This document shows positions 1 to 8,255 of a stretch of DNA of 64,000 nucleotides, piece by piece. The first letter of the stretch is position 1. Every line of letters starts with the position of its first letter. Source of the DNA: Sandaracinaceae bacterium (GTDB lineage: Bacteria > Myxococcota_A > Polyangia > Polyangiales > Houyiibacteriaceae); NCBI GenBank assembly GCA_020633075.1, contig JACKEI010000003.1:67299-131298 (forward strand). Direction: 5' to 3'. The notes beneath the pieces are model-generated. The model was not told the origin of the DNA and ran no database searches. It saw only the letters and a program-made list of their open reading frames with translations. The position numbers and the translations under genes are program-made.

Positions 1-120
1 CTGGGCTGCATCGAAGACGTAGGGCTCGTAGGGACCGTAGTGAGGCGATGCGTCACAGCCAAGCGCAACGGAAGCGGCAGCGATGGCGACGACGAAGGGG
101 AGAGCGCGGAGCGGACGCAT
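1..120 (-). CDS. Lipoprotein, 5' end only (gene runs off the left edge of the window)
   Basis: ATG at 120..118 is followed by MRPLRALPFVVAIAAASVALGC-DAS, a signal peptide plus L-G-C lipobox. The frame stays open to position 1. Confidence 0.35.
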   Translation of the reverse strand, partial: MRPLRALPFVVAIAAASVALGCDASPHYGPYEPYVFDAAQ

Positions 121-356
121 GACCCCGAGCGTAGCCTGCGCCGAGGGCGCGGTCAGCGTCTGCGTCGGCTGGGCGACCCCGCCGGCGGGGGAGGCTGAAG
201 GGCGCGTCGCGACCCGAGGGTGTCCGGATGCTGCTTCCACGGGGCGGGCCGCACCGGGTGCCTCTCGAACGCTGGGTCGCCGGGCGTATCGCGTACTTCA
301 CCGGGTGAGCGAACACGGGGAGCCCGGCGGCCCGATCTCTGTGGGCCTCGGGGTGT

Positions 357-860
357 TCATCCGCGCCGGCAGGCGTTGTCCACCCACCACAGCAGCGTCG
401 GCACGCGGTGCTCGCCGTGCATGTCCGCGATGGTCCTCCTCGCTTCGAGCGGGTCTATGCCCACCGCCGTCACGTAGAGCGGCTTCTGGCTCGCGCCGCG
501 CAGGAGAGGGAGAGCCACGTCGTTGTTCGCGAAGGCGTTCTTGGCCACACCAATCACGGGGACGCGCGTGGCCTCGAAGAGGTGATGCCCCATGCCCGCG
601 TGCTCGCGCCCCAGCCACACGTAGCCGTCGACCACCAAGGCCGTGAGCGCGCTCACCGGGAACGGCAGCTTGTCGAGCACCGCGAGGAGGGCGGGCAGCT
701 CTCGCTCGTAGAACGCGCCAGGGACGTACCCGGCCGCATGCTGCGGGTCGAGCCTCGTCGAGAGCACCGCCGTGGGCCGGCTGTCGTTCCACCGCGCGAA
801 CAGGACGCACGCGGCGCAGGTACGGGCGGGGCTGTAGTCGACGTCGAGGCAGGCGAACAC
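357..860 (-). CDS. nfi: Endonuclease V family protein (short form, possibly 5'-truncated)
   Basis: 167 aa. By-eye alignment to E. coli Nfi: LDVDY (catalytic Asp region), GYVPGAFYERELPALL vs YIPGFLSFREYPALL, VVDG...RVPVIGVAK vs VDGHG...VPTIGVAK, and PLYVT vs PLFIAT. About 30 N-terminal residues are missing relative to E. coli. Confidence 0.65.
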   Translation of the reverse strand: MFACLDVDYSPARTCAACVLFARWNDSRPTAVLSTRLDPQHAAGYVPGAFYERELPALLAVLDKLPFPVSALTALVVDGYVWLGREHAGMGHHLFEATRVPVIGVAKNAFANNDVALPLLRGASQKPLYVTAVGIDPLEARRTIADMHGEHRVPTLLWWVDNACRRG

Positions 861-872
861 GGTTCGTTCATC

Positions 873-1431
873 TTACGCGACACTCGTTCCGTTGGGCTCG
901 ACCGGCGTCTGCCCAGACGGCTGGACATCGGAGAGCTGGTTCGAGCCCTGGAAGCGCGCCACCCGGCCTTCCATCTGGATCAGGCGTGTGGAGCACCGGG
1001 CTCGAGCGTCGAAGGTGCACCGCACCACTTCGATCTCGTTGGAACGATCGGTGAGGTCGTGGCGGCCGCGGTAGCGGGGATCCCCGAGCATGGCGCAGTA
1101 CTCATGCCATGCGCCTGCGCGCGGTCGTCGTTCGCGCTCGTCGCCCATCCGACGACCCGCCGCGAGAACAGATGCTGGAGCGCGCGGTGCACCCTCGGGC
1201 TGCCGTACTGAACTCCGGCGTGAACGAACGCCGCGCACGTCGACGCTGTTGCGGTGTCTTCTTCTGCTTCATGGAACAAACCCGCGCATTCTCGCGCTAT
1301 CTCAGGTGTCCGCCAGGTGGCGGGAGGTTCAAACTCGGTGGTGAACGTTCTCCTTTTTCTCTTCGTCACTTGGGACTCCTCCTGCGCATCATCACGCTAA
1401 ATGGGGTGTCCACAAATTCGGGGCAGGTCTA
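873..1431 (-). pseudogene. IS3-family insertion sequence remnant (deleted and frameshifted orfAB, no DDE domain left)
   Basis: An OrfA-like N-terminus MTKRKRRTFTTEF starts at 1369. OrfB-like pieces YGSPRVHRALQ, RGRHDLTDRS and FQGSNQLSDVQ lie in two different frames. An IS3/IS407-like end (GACCTGCCCCGAATTTGTGGACACC on the - strand) sits at about 1431-1407. Confidence 0.5.
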
Positions 1432-1899
1432 GGATGAGGTGATCGCGCTGATGTCCTGGAAAGAAAAAGGAGCGCTGATGTCCGAGCACGGCGCTACGAG
1501 CGAAGGCTAGAGCTGAGACACGCGTGAGTAGATCGCGAACCCGAGAGCCGTTGCGAGGAGGGCGAAGCTGACGAGGTACCCGCACACGAAGATGTCCGCG
1601 CTCTCAGACACAAGGGAGAGGGACTTGAACGCCAGTACGACGTTCGAAGCGCACGCCAGGGAAGACGGCGACGAAGCGCCACGAAGATGTTTCCCAGCGT
1701 GCCCACAGGACGGCCAAGCGGAGCGAATCGAAGCGGCACGACCGCCATAGCTGCACGACGTTCACCGGCGCGACCATGGCGGAGCCGACGGACGCCATGT
1801 CCGACGCGCAGGCTGGGCTGGCGGTAGCCAGACAGCGACGCACTTCTTTGGAAGCCCATGCGCGGGGCCTGCAGTCGCGGTAGTCGTCGGCGGCTGTTA

Positions 1900-2475
<576 letters not shown>

Positions 2476-2681
2476 TCAGACGGGATCACCCGCCGCCTCG
2501 GGCTGGTATGCGATGTCGACTACCTGGAGCCGTCGTGGCCGGCCGTTGGGCTGCGGCCAGTCGATGGAGTCCCCGACCGAGAGGCCGAGCAGCGCGGTGC
2601 CGATGTGGGAAAATACGGAGATGCGCGCGCTGTCTACCTCGTCGGCCCCCGGAAAGACCAGCGTGATCTCGAGCTCCTTGC
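2476..2681 (-). pseudogene. rnk: Rnk (GreA/GreB-like regulator of nucleoside diphosphate kinase), C-terminal half, split by transposon insertion
   Basis: ELEITLVFPGADEVDSARISVFSHIGTALLGLSVGDSIDWPQPNGRPRRLQVVDIAYQPEAAGDPV matches the E. coli Rnk C-terminus ([21 protein letters not shown].LPGG...LEYQPEAAGD). It has no start codon of its own. The ORF-track extension to 2868 is read-through into the transposon end. Confidence 0.85.
2676..2681. repeat. Target-site duplication CCTTGC (left copy)
   Basis: The identical hexamer directly abuts both transposon termini (2676-2681 and 6321-6326). Confidence 0.75.
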
Positions 2682-2695
2682 TGTCCTGTCTCACG
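2682..2695. repeat. Transposon terminal inverted repeat (end distal to the transposase promoter)
   Basis: TGTCCTGTCTCACG. An inverted extra copy (reverse complement TGTCCTGTCTCAG) lies at about 2794-2806. Confidence 0.7.
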
Positions 2696-2887
2696 ACAAT
2701 CACCCGCTTGAGTCCCAGCACCACCAAGCGGTACGCGGCGTGAGACGAGGCCCGCATCCGTGTCCCATCCCGCGTGCAGTTCCCGGCAGCGCACTGAGAC
2801 AGGACACGCGTGCGGAGAGCGTCCCACGCACAAACGACGTGAGACGCGCCGCCAGGCGCGCGTCCCACGTCGGTTCATGGGGGTCTC

Positions 2888-3754
2888 TCAGGTGGGGGCG
2901 TCGCGTGTCTTGCCGCGGTAGAGGGGGTGGTCCTCGATTTGCTGCTGCATGAACTTACCGTCGATGTCGTCGCGGCCGCTGGCGGCGGCGGCGATGAGTC
3001 CGTGCAGGGCGAGCTGGTTGATGTGACGAGGCCTGCCCCGGCTGGCGACGAAGATGCGGCGAGCGGCGTCGTCGGAGATCAGGGCGGCGTCGACGTCGGC
3101 GCGCTGCAGGTGGAAGCGCAGGTAGTTGCGGGTGTCCTCAAGGGTGAAGGGCCGGAGGGCGTGCGCGTAGGCGATGCGGGACCGCAGGGACTCAAGCGAT
3201 GAGGCTCGGAGGGTGCGCGTGATGTCGTCGGTGCCTGCGAGCAGGACGCTGAAGCGTTGCTCGCCGTCGAGGTCATGCGTGGTGAGGCGACGGATGGCGT
3301 CGAGGACAGGGGCGGAGAGGCCCTCGGCGTCGTCGATGAGGACGACTGGGTGCGGGCCGTTGGCGGCCTCAAAGGATGCGAGGTGGTCACGGGCGGCGTC
3401 GAATAGGTCGGCGCCGTGCAGCCGCATCTGGAGGCCCAGGGCGCGGCTCATGGAGCGGAGGAACCCTGGGACGGTGCCGGGCAGGTAGCTGAACTGCACG
3501 AGGTGATAGCGGCGGGTGTCGAGGCCGGCGACGAAGCGGCGCAGGGTGATGCTCTTGCCCACGCCGCTCGCGCCGGAGACGCACGCGATGCCGCCGACTT
3601 CGAGCCACATGTCGAGCCCGGCGAGTAGTTCGCGCTGGCTGGTCGAGTCGTACATCAGCGCGGCCTTCATGGCCTTGTGGAATGGCGTGTTGGAGAATCC
3701 GAAGTGCGCACGGAGGCGCCGACGGTGAGCCTGCTCGGGAGTCGCGTCGGTCAT
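2888..3754 (-). CDS. Transposition helper AAA+ ATPase (TniB/ExeA-like; functional analogue of IstB/MuB/TnsC)
   Basis: 288 aa. Walker A is GASGVGKS and Walker B is VVLIDDAEG. The C-terminus has the ...RGRPRHINQLA motif typical of ExeA/TniB-type ATPases. The start overlaps the transposase stop (ATGA at 3751-3754). Confidence 0.8.
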   Translation of the reverse strand: MTDATPEQAHRRRLRAHFGFSNTPFHKAMKAALMYDSTSQRELLAGLDMWLEVGGIACVSGASGVGKSITLRRFVAGLDTRRYHLVQFSYLPGTVPGFLRSMSRALGLQMRLHGADLFDAARDHLASFEAANGPHPVVLIDDAEGLSAPVLDAIRRLTTHDLDGEQRFSVLLAGTDDITRTLRASSLESLRSRIAYAHALRPFTLEDTRNYLRFHLQRADVDAALISDDAARRIFVASRGRPRHINQLALHGLIAAAASGRDDIDGKFMQQQIEDHPLYRGKTRDAPT

Positions 3755-5403
3755 GACCGTCCCTCCTCACGTGCGGCGCGGAGCGCCTCAATGTAGAGGC
3801 CGACGTGGTGGTCGGGGCGCTCGCGTTCGAGCGTCCGGCCGAGGACGCGCTCAGCGAAGTCGAGCTCGAAGGGACCGTAGCGGCGGAGCAGCTCGCGGGC
3901 GGTGTCGTCGTCAAACGCGTCGGCGTCGAGGTGCTCACGAAGGAGCGCGAGGATTGCGCTATCGCGCTCCATGCGGACGGCCTCGTCGAGCGCCTCGGGG
4001 TCGGTCGCGATGTCGACCTCGTTCACACTGGGCGCGGTTCGCGTCGGGTGCTCGGCGATGAACTCGGCGCGCCGCTTCTCGACCAAGAAGCCGAGGTAGT
4101 CGGCCGCAGGTGTGGGCGCGTCCGCCGTTCCGGTCGTCGCGACGGCCTCGTCGTCGCTCTTGGTTTTTGCCTTGGGGCGTCGATGCTCTTGGACCTCGAA
4201 GGGACGGACGCGCTCCACGAATTCGCCTTCGTGGTGAACTTCAACTTCGTCGAGCACCTCCGGGTCGAAGTACACGGTGATGCGCCTCTTCGCGAGCTCA
4301 GCGCCGGCCTGGTAGCGCACACCGAGCAGCGAGAAGAGCCCAGACTTGTCGGGGGTGCGGTGCTCCTTCCACCGAAACGCGCGGCGGAGCTTGGCTTCAT
4401 CGGCGTAGCGGATCGTGTCTGCGCCAGCGGTCCAGCGTTCAAGCGGCGTGCAGCCGATCTCCGAGTGCACCCGTCGGTTGTAGTCGTGGTCCGCCCACGC
4501 GACGAACGCCTCGTTGAGCGCATCGAGCGTGGTCACGTTCGACGCGGCGAGCTCCGCGATGAACGAGCTGCGCAGCAGCCGATTGAACGCCTCGATCTTG
4601 CCGTGCCCCTCGGGGCGGTAGGCCTCGGTGTACACGATCGGCGCGATGCCCAGCTCCGCCACGATGTGTTGCATGTGCCCCGCCCGATACACCTTGCCGT
4701 TGTCGTAATAGACCCGGCGTGGGAGTCCTCTCTTCTGAAGGCTCCGACGCATGACGAGCTCAAGGTGTGGGAGCGCCTCCGCGAACGCGAACCGACCATG
4801 CAGCAAGAGTCGGCTGTGGTCGTCGAGGAACCCGTAGAACTTCGCGCGACGCGTCTTGCTCGTCGCCGGGTCCACGAGCCACGGGCCGTTCAGCATGTCC
4901 GACTGCCAGAGGTCGTTTGGCGCGAGGGCCTCAAAGCGGTCGAGGTCCTTACGGTCGCTCTGGGACTTGGGCCGCGCGCTCATCCCGGCGCGCTGCAGCA
5001 CGCGGTGGACGGTGCTCCGTCGCAGCACGCCGGGCGGGGCGAGCTGCATGGCCTCGGCGATACGGATCAGCTGGTCGAGCGACCGCTCGGGGACCTCATG
5101 CTTGAGCGAGAGGATGAGGTGGACCTGCTCGGCCGTGAGCGCGAGGGTGCCGCGGGCCGGGCGCGTCTTGTCGCGCAGCGCGTCGACGCCGCCTCCCCGG
5201 TAGCGACGCACCCATGCGCGGAGCGTCTCGGCGCTGACCGTCATCGGCACGCCGTCGGGGTCGTGCCACGACTTGCTCGCGAGGTGCTCGAGCATCGCCC
5301 GGCGCTGTCCGCGTGGCGGGCTCATGGCGAGGTAGGGGCTGATCATCTGGTAGCGCAGCAGCGCCATCTCGTGGCGCCGGTCGCGCGTCTCGTCGTCGGC
5401 CAT
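3751..5403 (-). CDS. DDE-type transposase/integrase (rve core with N-terminal HTH and Mu-transposase-like C-terminal region)
   Basis: 550 aa. The DDE triad context is PNDLWQSDM, RVYYDNGKVY and PEGHGKIEAFNR. An N-terminal HTH-like region reads TLRAWVRRYRGGGVDAL. Confidence 0.85.
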   Translation of the reverse strand: MADDETRDRRHEMALLRYQMISPYLAMSPPRGQRRAMLEHLASKSWHDPDGVPMTVSAETLRAWVRRYRGGGVDALRDKTRPARGTLALTAEQVHLILSLKHEVPERSLDQLIRIAEAMQLAPPGVLRRSTVHRVLQRAGMSARPKSQSDRKDLDRFEALAPNDLWQSDMLNGPWLVDPATSKTRRAKFYGFLDDHSRLLLHGRFAFAEALPHLELVMRRSLQKRGLPRRVYYDNGKVYRAGHMQHIVAELGIAPIVYTEAYRPEGHGKIEAFNRLLRSSFIAELAASNVTTLDALNEAFVAWADHDYNRRVHSEIGCTPLERWTAGADTIRYADEAKLRRAFRWKEHRTPDKSGLFSLLGVRYQAGAELAKRRITVYFDPEVLDEVEVHHEGEFVERVRPFEVQEHRRPKAKTKSDDEAVATTGTADAPTPAADYLGFLVEKRRAEFIAEHPTRTAPSVNEVDIATDPEALDEAVRMERDSAILALLREHLDADAFDDDTARELLRRYGPFELDFAERVLGRTLERERPDHHVGLYIEALRAAREEGRS

Positions 5404-5554
5404 CGGGGCCTCCTTTCGGGGTGAAGGAGGTCAGCCTCACAGCGCACGGCGGTCTGCACGACGACACACTCTGTGGGTCGTTGTAGTGACCTGGGCTTGC
5501 AGAACCCCCGGACGCAGTCCTACCCTCGCAACCGGAAGCGGTCCTTCTGGCACG

Positions 5555-6238
5555 TCAAATCAACCACGGCTGGTCAGGGTCAGGCTGCCTCCTTCGAGCC
5601 TCGGCCATGAGGAGTGAGACAGGTATCGTCAGCGCGAAAGCGCTCTGGATGGCGAGGTCGAGCCCAGACTGCAGTGCTAGTGCAGCTTCCGGGTCGGCCC
5701 ACCGTCGCTGGTCCGCTGGCGGCGAACGGCCACCTCCCAGATGGCTCTCCCATGACCGGGGCTCACTTATGTCGATGAGCGCGTGGCGCACCGCGTGCGC
5801 CGTCGCCGCCCCCAGCGGCTGCGCGCGCGTCATCCAGCGCTGCACCGTGCGTGGCGATGGACACGCTGCCAGCGCTTCGTGCGGCACATCGTGCGTGTGC
5901 ACGCCTTGCTGCGAGCGCAGCCACCCCCACAGCGACAGCGTCACGACCAGGCTACAGAACCACACCGAGGCGCAGTCATCTGGCGGTCGGCTGTGGCACG
6001 TCTCGTTCGTGCCCTTCCGGCGCCAGCGCTGCTTGTAGAAGACCACGCGCTGCAGGGCTCCGCCCCGCAGCGTCAGCAGGATCCGCTGCATCAGCCCGTG
6101 CCCCTCCCAACCGGGCCCCGGGCGCACCCCTCGATACACCCGCCGCCCGTCCGCCTCCAACGCGTACAGCGACGTCGAGCTCATCAGCCCATAGAGCAAC
6201 GCGGACCACTTCGACGGGAGCGGCATCTCGCTCATCAC
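5555..6238 (-). CDS. Transposon-encoded hypothetical protein (227 aa), first gene of the element
   Basis: The ORF lies wholly inside the TIRs and starts 82 bp from the terminus. Third codon positions are GC-rich, like the neighbouring genes. It has a possible HTH (SPRTVQRWMTRAQ). I recognise no family for it. Confidence 0.5.
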   Translation of the reverse strand: MMSEMPLPSKWSALLYGLMSSTSLYALEADGRRVYRGVRPGPGWEGHGLMQRILLTLRGGALQRVVFYKQRWRRKGTNETCHSRPPDDCASVWFCSLVVTLSLWGWLRSQQGVHTHDVPHEALAACPSPRTVQRWMTRAQPLGAATAHAVRHALIDISEPRSWESHLGGGRSPPADQRRWADPEAALALQSGLDLAIQSAFALTIPVSLLMAEARRRQPDPDQPWLI

Positions 6239-6306
6239 TACCGGTGTGCACCGAAGAGACGCGGGACGCGATCCGCGGACAGACGGCTACGCCAGCGGAC
6301 TGGTTA

Positions 6307-6320
6307 CGCGGGACCGGACA
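6307..6320. repeat. Transposon terminal inverted repeat (promoter-proximal end)
   Basis: The reverse complement is TGTCCGGTCCCGCG. It is followed inward by TGTCCGCGG and GCGTCCCGCGTCTC repeats. Confidence 0.7.
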
Positions 6321-6326
6321 CCTTGC
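6321..6326. repeat. Target-site duplication CCTTGC (right copy)
   Basis: Identical to 2676-2681 and directly abuts the transposon terminus. Confidence 0.75.
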
Positions 6327-6525
6327 CGCTGGCTTCGTCGGCGAAGCGCACCACCGAGTTCATCGTTACGAGGTCGGCCGGCACGGACGGAGCGTCGATG
6401 ATCTCAGCGCGCGCCACCTGCGCCCGTAGAGGGTCCAGCTCCCAACGCTCACCAGCGCGCTCGAGGAGCTGCGTGAGCCGCGTGTGGTCGAAACGGGTGA
6501 GGACGACGCGTGGAAGGCGGCTCAT
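6321..6525 (-). pseudogene. rnk: Rnk, N-terminal half (68 codons), split by transposon insertion
   Basis: MSRLPRVVLTRFDHTRLTQLLER...PADLVTMNSVVRFADEASGK matches the E. coli Rnk N-terminal half (..[20 protein letters not shown]). After the TSD the frame runs into the transposon end and stops at 6304. Confidence 0.85.
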
Positions 6526-6609
6526 GGCAGGATGGTGCGAGGGTTGAGGCGAGCGTCAAGGCAGCCCCCAGGAGCAGGCGCATGTGCGCGTCCTCTTCGG
6601 GGGGCGAGC

Positions 6610-7332
6610 TCAGAACGAAAGAGACGCACCCAGCCGAACGGTCGCTTGGAGGAAGCCCACGCGCTGGTACACCACGTCGAAGGTCTCTTCGCCAGCGAGG
6701 TAGGCGTTGGCACGCACGCCGGCCTCGACGAAGGCGCCGAAGCGCTCCGTGAAGAGCACGTCGACCCCGCCCACCGCGCCGAGCGCCAGACCGAAGCGCG
6801 CCTCGTTCCGCGTCCCCGCATCAGCCCGCGCGACGCTCATGCCCACCGGCGCACCCACATAGAGATCCACGTGCGTACCCTGCACCACCAAGGGGGCACG
6901 GATCTTAAGCCACGCCCCCAGGCTGAGCACCGTGGTGCGCCCGCGCGTGGCCCCCGAGGCGGCGGGCTCCAAGAGCACGAACTCGAGCCCGGCGTAGTCG
7001 ATGAAGACGCCGATCGCGATGTAGGGCCCAGTCGAGAGCTCGAGCCGACCCCCCAGCGTGAACGCGGGCCCCATGCTGTAGCGCTCACTTGTGGACTCGC
7101 GCACGCGCCGCTCCCGCCCCGCGAAGTTGGCGCCGGCGTACAGCGACGCGCGCAGGTCCGAGCGCTGTCCCGGCCTGCGCAGCGGCGCCGACCCGGACGC
7201 CTCCGGGAACGGCTGGTATCCGGGGTACGGGGTGGGACTCTGCCCGAGCGCGACCGACGGCACGCACAGCGCCGCCGTCAGTGCCATCACCGCCGCGACC
7301 CTCACGCCTCTGCTCCGCGTCCCTGCGTTCAT
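6610..7332 (-). CDS. Outer-membrane beta-barrel protein (OmpA/OmpW-like small barrel)
   Basis: 240 aa with a signal peptide (VAAVMALTAALCVPSVALGQ), alternating hydrophobic beta-strand patterns, Gly/Ala-rich content and a C-terminal ...LGASLSF ending in Phe. Confidence 0.6.
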   Translation of the reverse strand: MNAGTRSRGVRVAAVMALTAALCVPSVALGQSPTPYPGYQPFPEASGSAPLRRPGQRSDLRASLYAGANFAGRERRVRESTSERYSMGPAFTLGGRLELSTGPYIAIGVFIDYAGLEFVLLEPAASGATRGRTTVLSLGAWLKIRAPLVVQGTHVDLYVGAPVGMSVARADAGTRNEARFGLALGAVGGVDVLFTERFGAFVEAGVRANAYLAGEETFDVVYQRVGFLQATVRLGASLSF

Positions 7333-7409
7333 CTGGCCCCGAGCATGACACGCGGAGCCTGGGTCGCACTCCGACGCGGGTGGCCGCCAGAGCGAGCGCG
7401 CGCGTGTGC

Positions 7410-8063
7410 CTACTTGGGCGCCTTCACGGTACGCAGGTACGGGAGCACGACGTTGACGTCACCGAAGCGCGTCTTGGCGTCGTCGGTCGACACGGCGAGG
7501 GACACGATGACGTCCTGGCCCGGGACCCAGTTCGCGGGGGTCGCGAACGGCGCCCCGTCGGTGGCTTGGACCGCGTCCAGGGCGCGCAGGATCTCGGCGA
7601 AGTTGCGGCCCACCGACATGGGGTAGGTCATCATCAGCCGCACCTTCTTGTCGGGTCCGATGATGAACACCGTCCGCACGGTCGCGCTGTGGGCCGGCGT
7701 CCGACCGTCGGGCAAGTAGGCGTCGGCCGGCAGCATGTCGTAGAGCTTCGCCACGGTGAGCGACTGGTCATCGATGATGGGGAAGTTGGCGGTCGTGCCG
7801 GCGAACTTCTCGATGTCGAGCTTCCACTTCTTGTGCTCCTCGACGCTGTCGACGGAGACGCCGATGACCTTGGTGTTGCGCTTCGCGAACTCACCGGCGA
7901 GTTGCGCGACGGCTCCGAACTCCGTGGTGCAGACCGGCGTGAAGTCCTTCGGGTGTGAGAACAAGATGGCGTAGCTGTTACCGATCCACGCGTGCAGGCT
8001 GATCTTGCCTTCGGTGGAGTCCACGGTGAAGTCGGGGGCGATGTCGTTGATGCGCAGAGACAT
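7410..8063 (-). CDS. 1-Cys peroxiredoxin (Prx6 subfamily)
   Basis: 217 aa. It carries the FSHPKDFTPVCTTE peroxidatic Cys motif and the conserved ...VRTVFIIGPDKKVRL... and PANW segments. Confidence 0.9.
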   Translation of the reverse strand: MSLRINDIAPDFTVDSTEGKISLHAWIGNSYAILFSHPKDFTPVCTTEFGAVAQLAGEFAKRNTKVIGVSVDSVEEHKKWKLDIEKFAGTTANFPIIDDQSLTVAKLYDMLPADAYLPDGRTPAHSATVRTVFIIGPDKKVRLMMTYPMSVGRNFAEILRALDAVQATDGAPFATPANWVPGQDVIVSLAVSTDDAKTRFGDVNVVLPYLRTVKAPK

Positions 8064-8255
8064 GAGGGTTTCCTTCGGGAATCGTGAGCCATGAGAGCCG
8101 GCATGACAGCCCGGCGGCAGCGATGAGGGTCGCGAACGAGCGCGGGGGTCGCGCGTGCGGTAGTTGATATCAGGTTGGCAGCCGGGGTGCCTAGCCCCCG
8201 ATGGGGGCGCCGCGGGGTGGGGCCCGGGCGAGACCCGCGCGCTGCGGTGTCCAGA

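Larger units (their letters stand above)
2682..6320 (-). mobile_element. 3,639-bp transposon: unknown ORF, DDE (rve/Mu-like) transposase and AAA+ (TniB/ExeA-like) ATPase, inserted in rnk
   Basis: Terminal inverted repeats are TGTCCTGTCTCACG (2682-2695) and TGTCCGGTCCCGCG (reverse complement of 6307-6320), 11/14 identical with 5'-TG ends. A 6-bp direct repeat flanks the element. The three internal genes all lie on the - strand. Subterminal GTCCC/GTCTCAC repeat motifs occur at both ends. Confidence 0.8.

Noticed and set aside
5555-6238. Interpreting the 227-aa transposon ORF as TnsA or TniQ
   Set aside because: I saw no restriction-endonuclease-like E/D/K motif context and no N-terminal zinc-finger Cys pairs. 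Only positional analogy supports the idea.
2682-6320. Calling the element a standard IS21-family IS (istA/istB)
   Set aside because: The gene order fits, but several features do not. The ATPase motifs look ExeA/TniB-like rather than IstB-like. The element is about 1 kb longer than typical IS21 members. It carries a third gene. I therefore describe it generically, and the family assignment needs a profile search.
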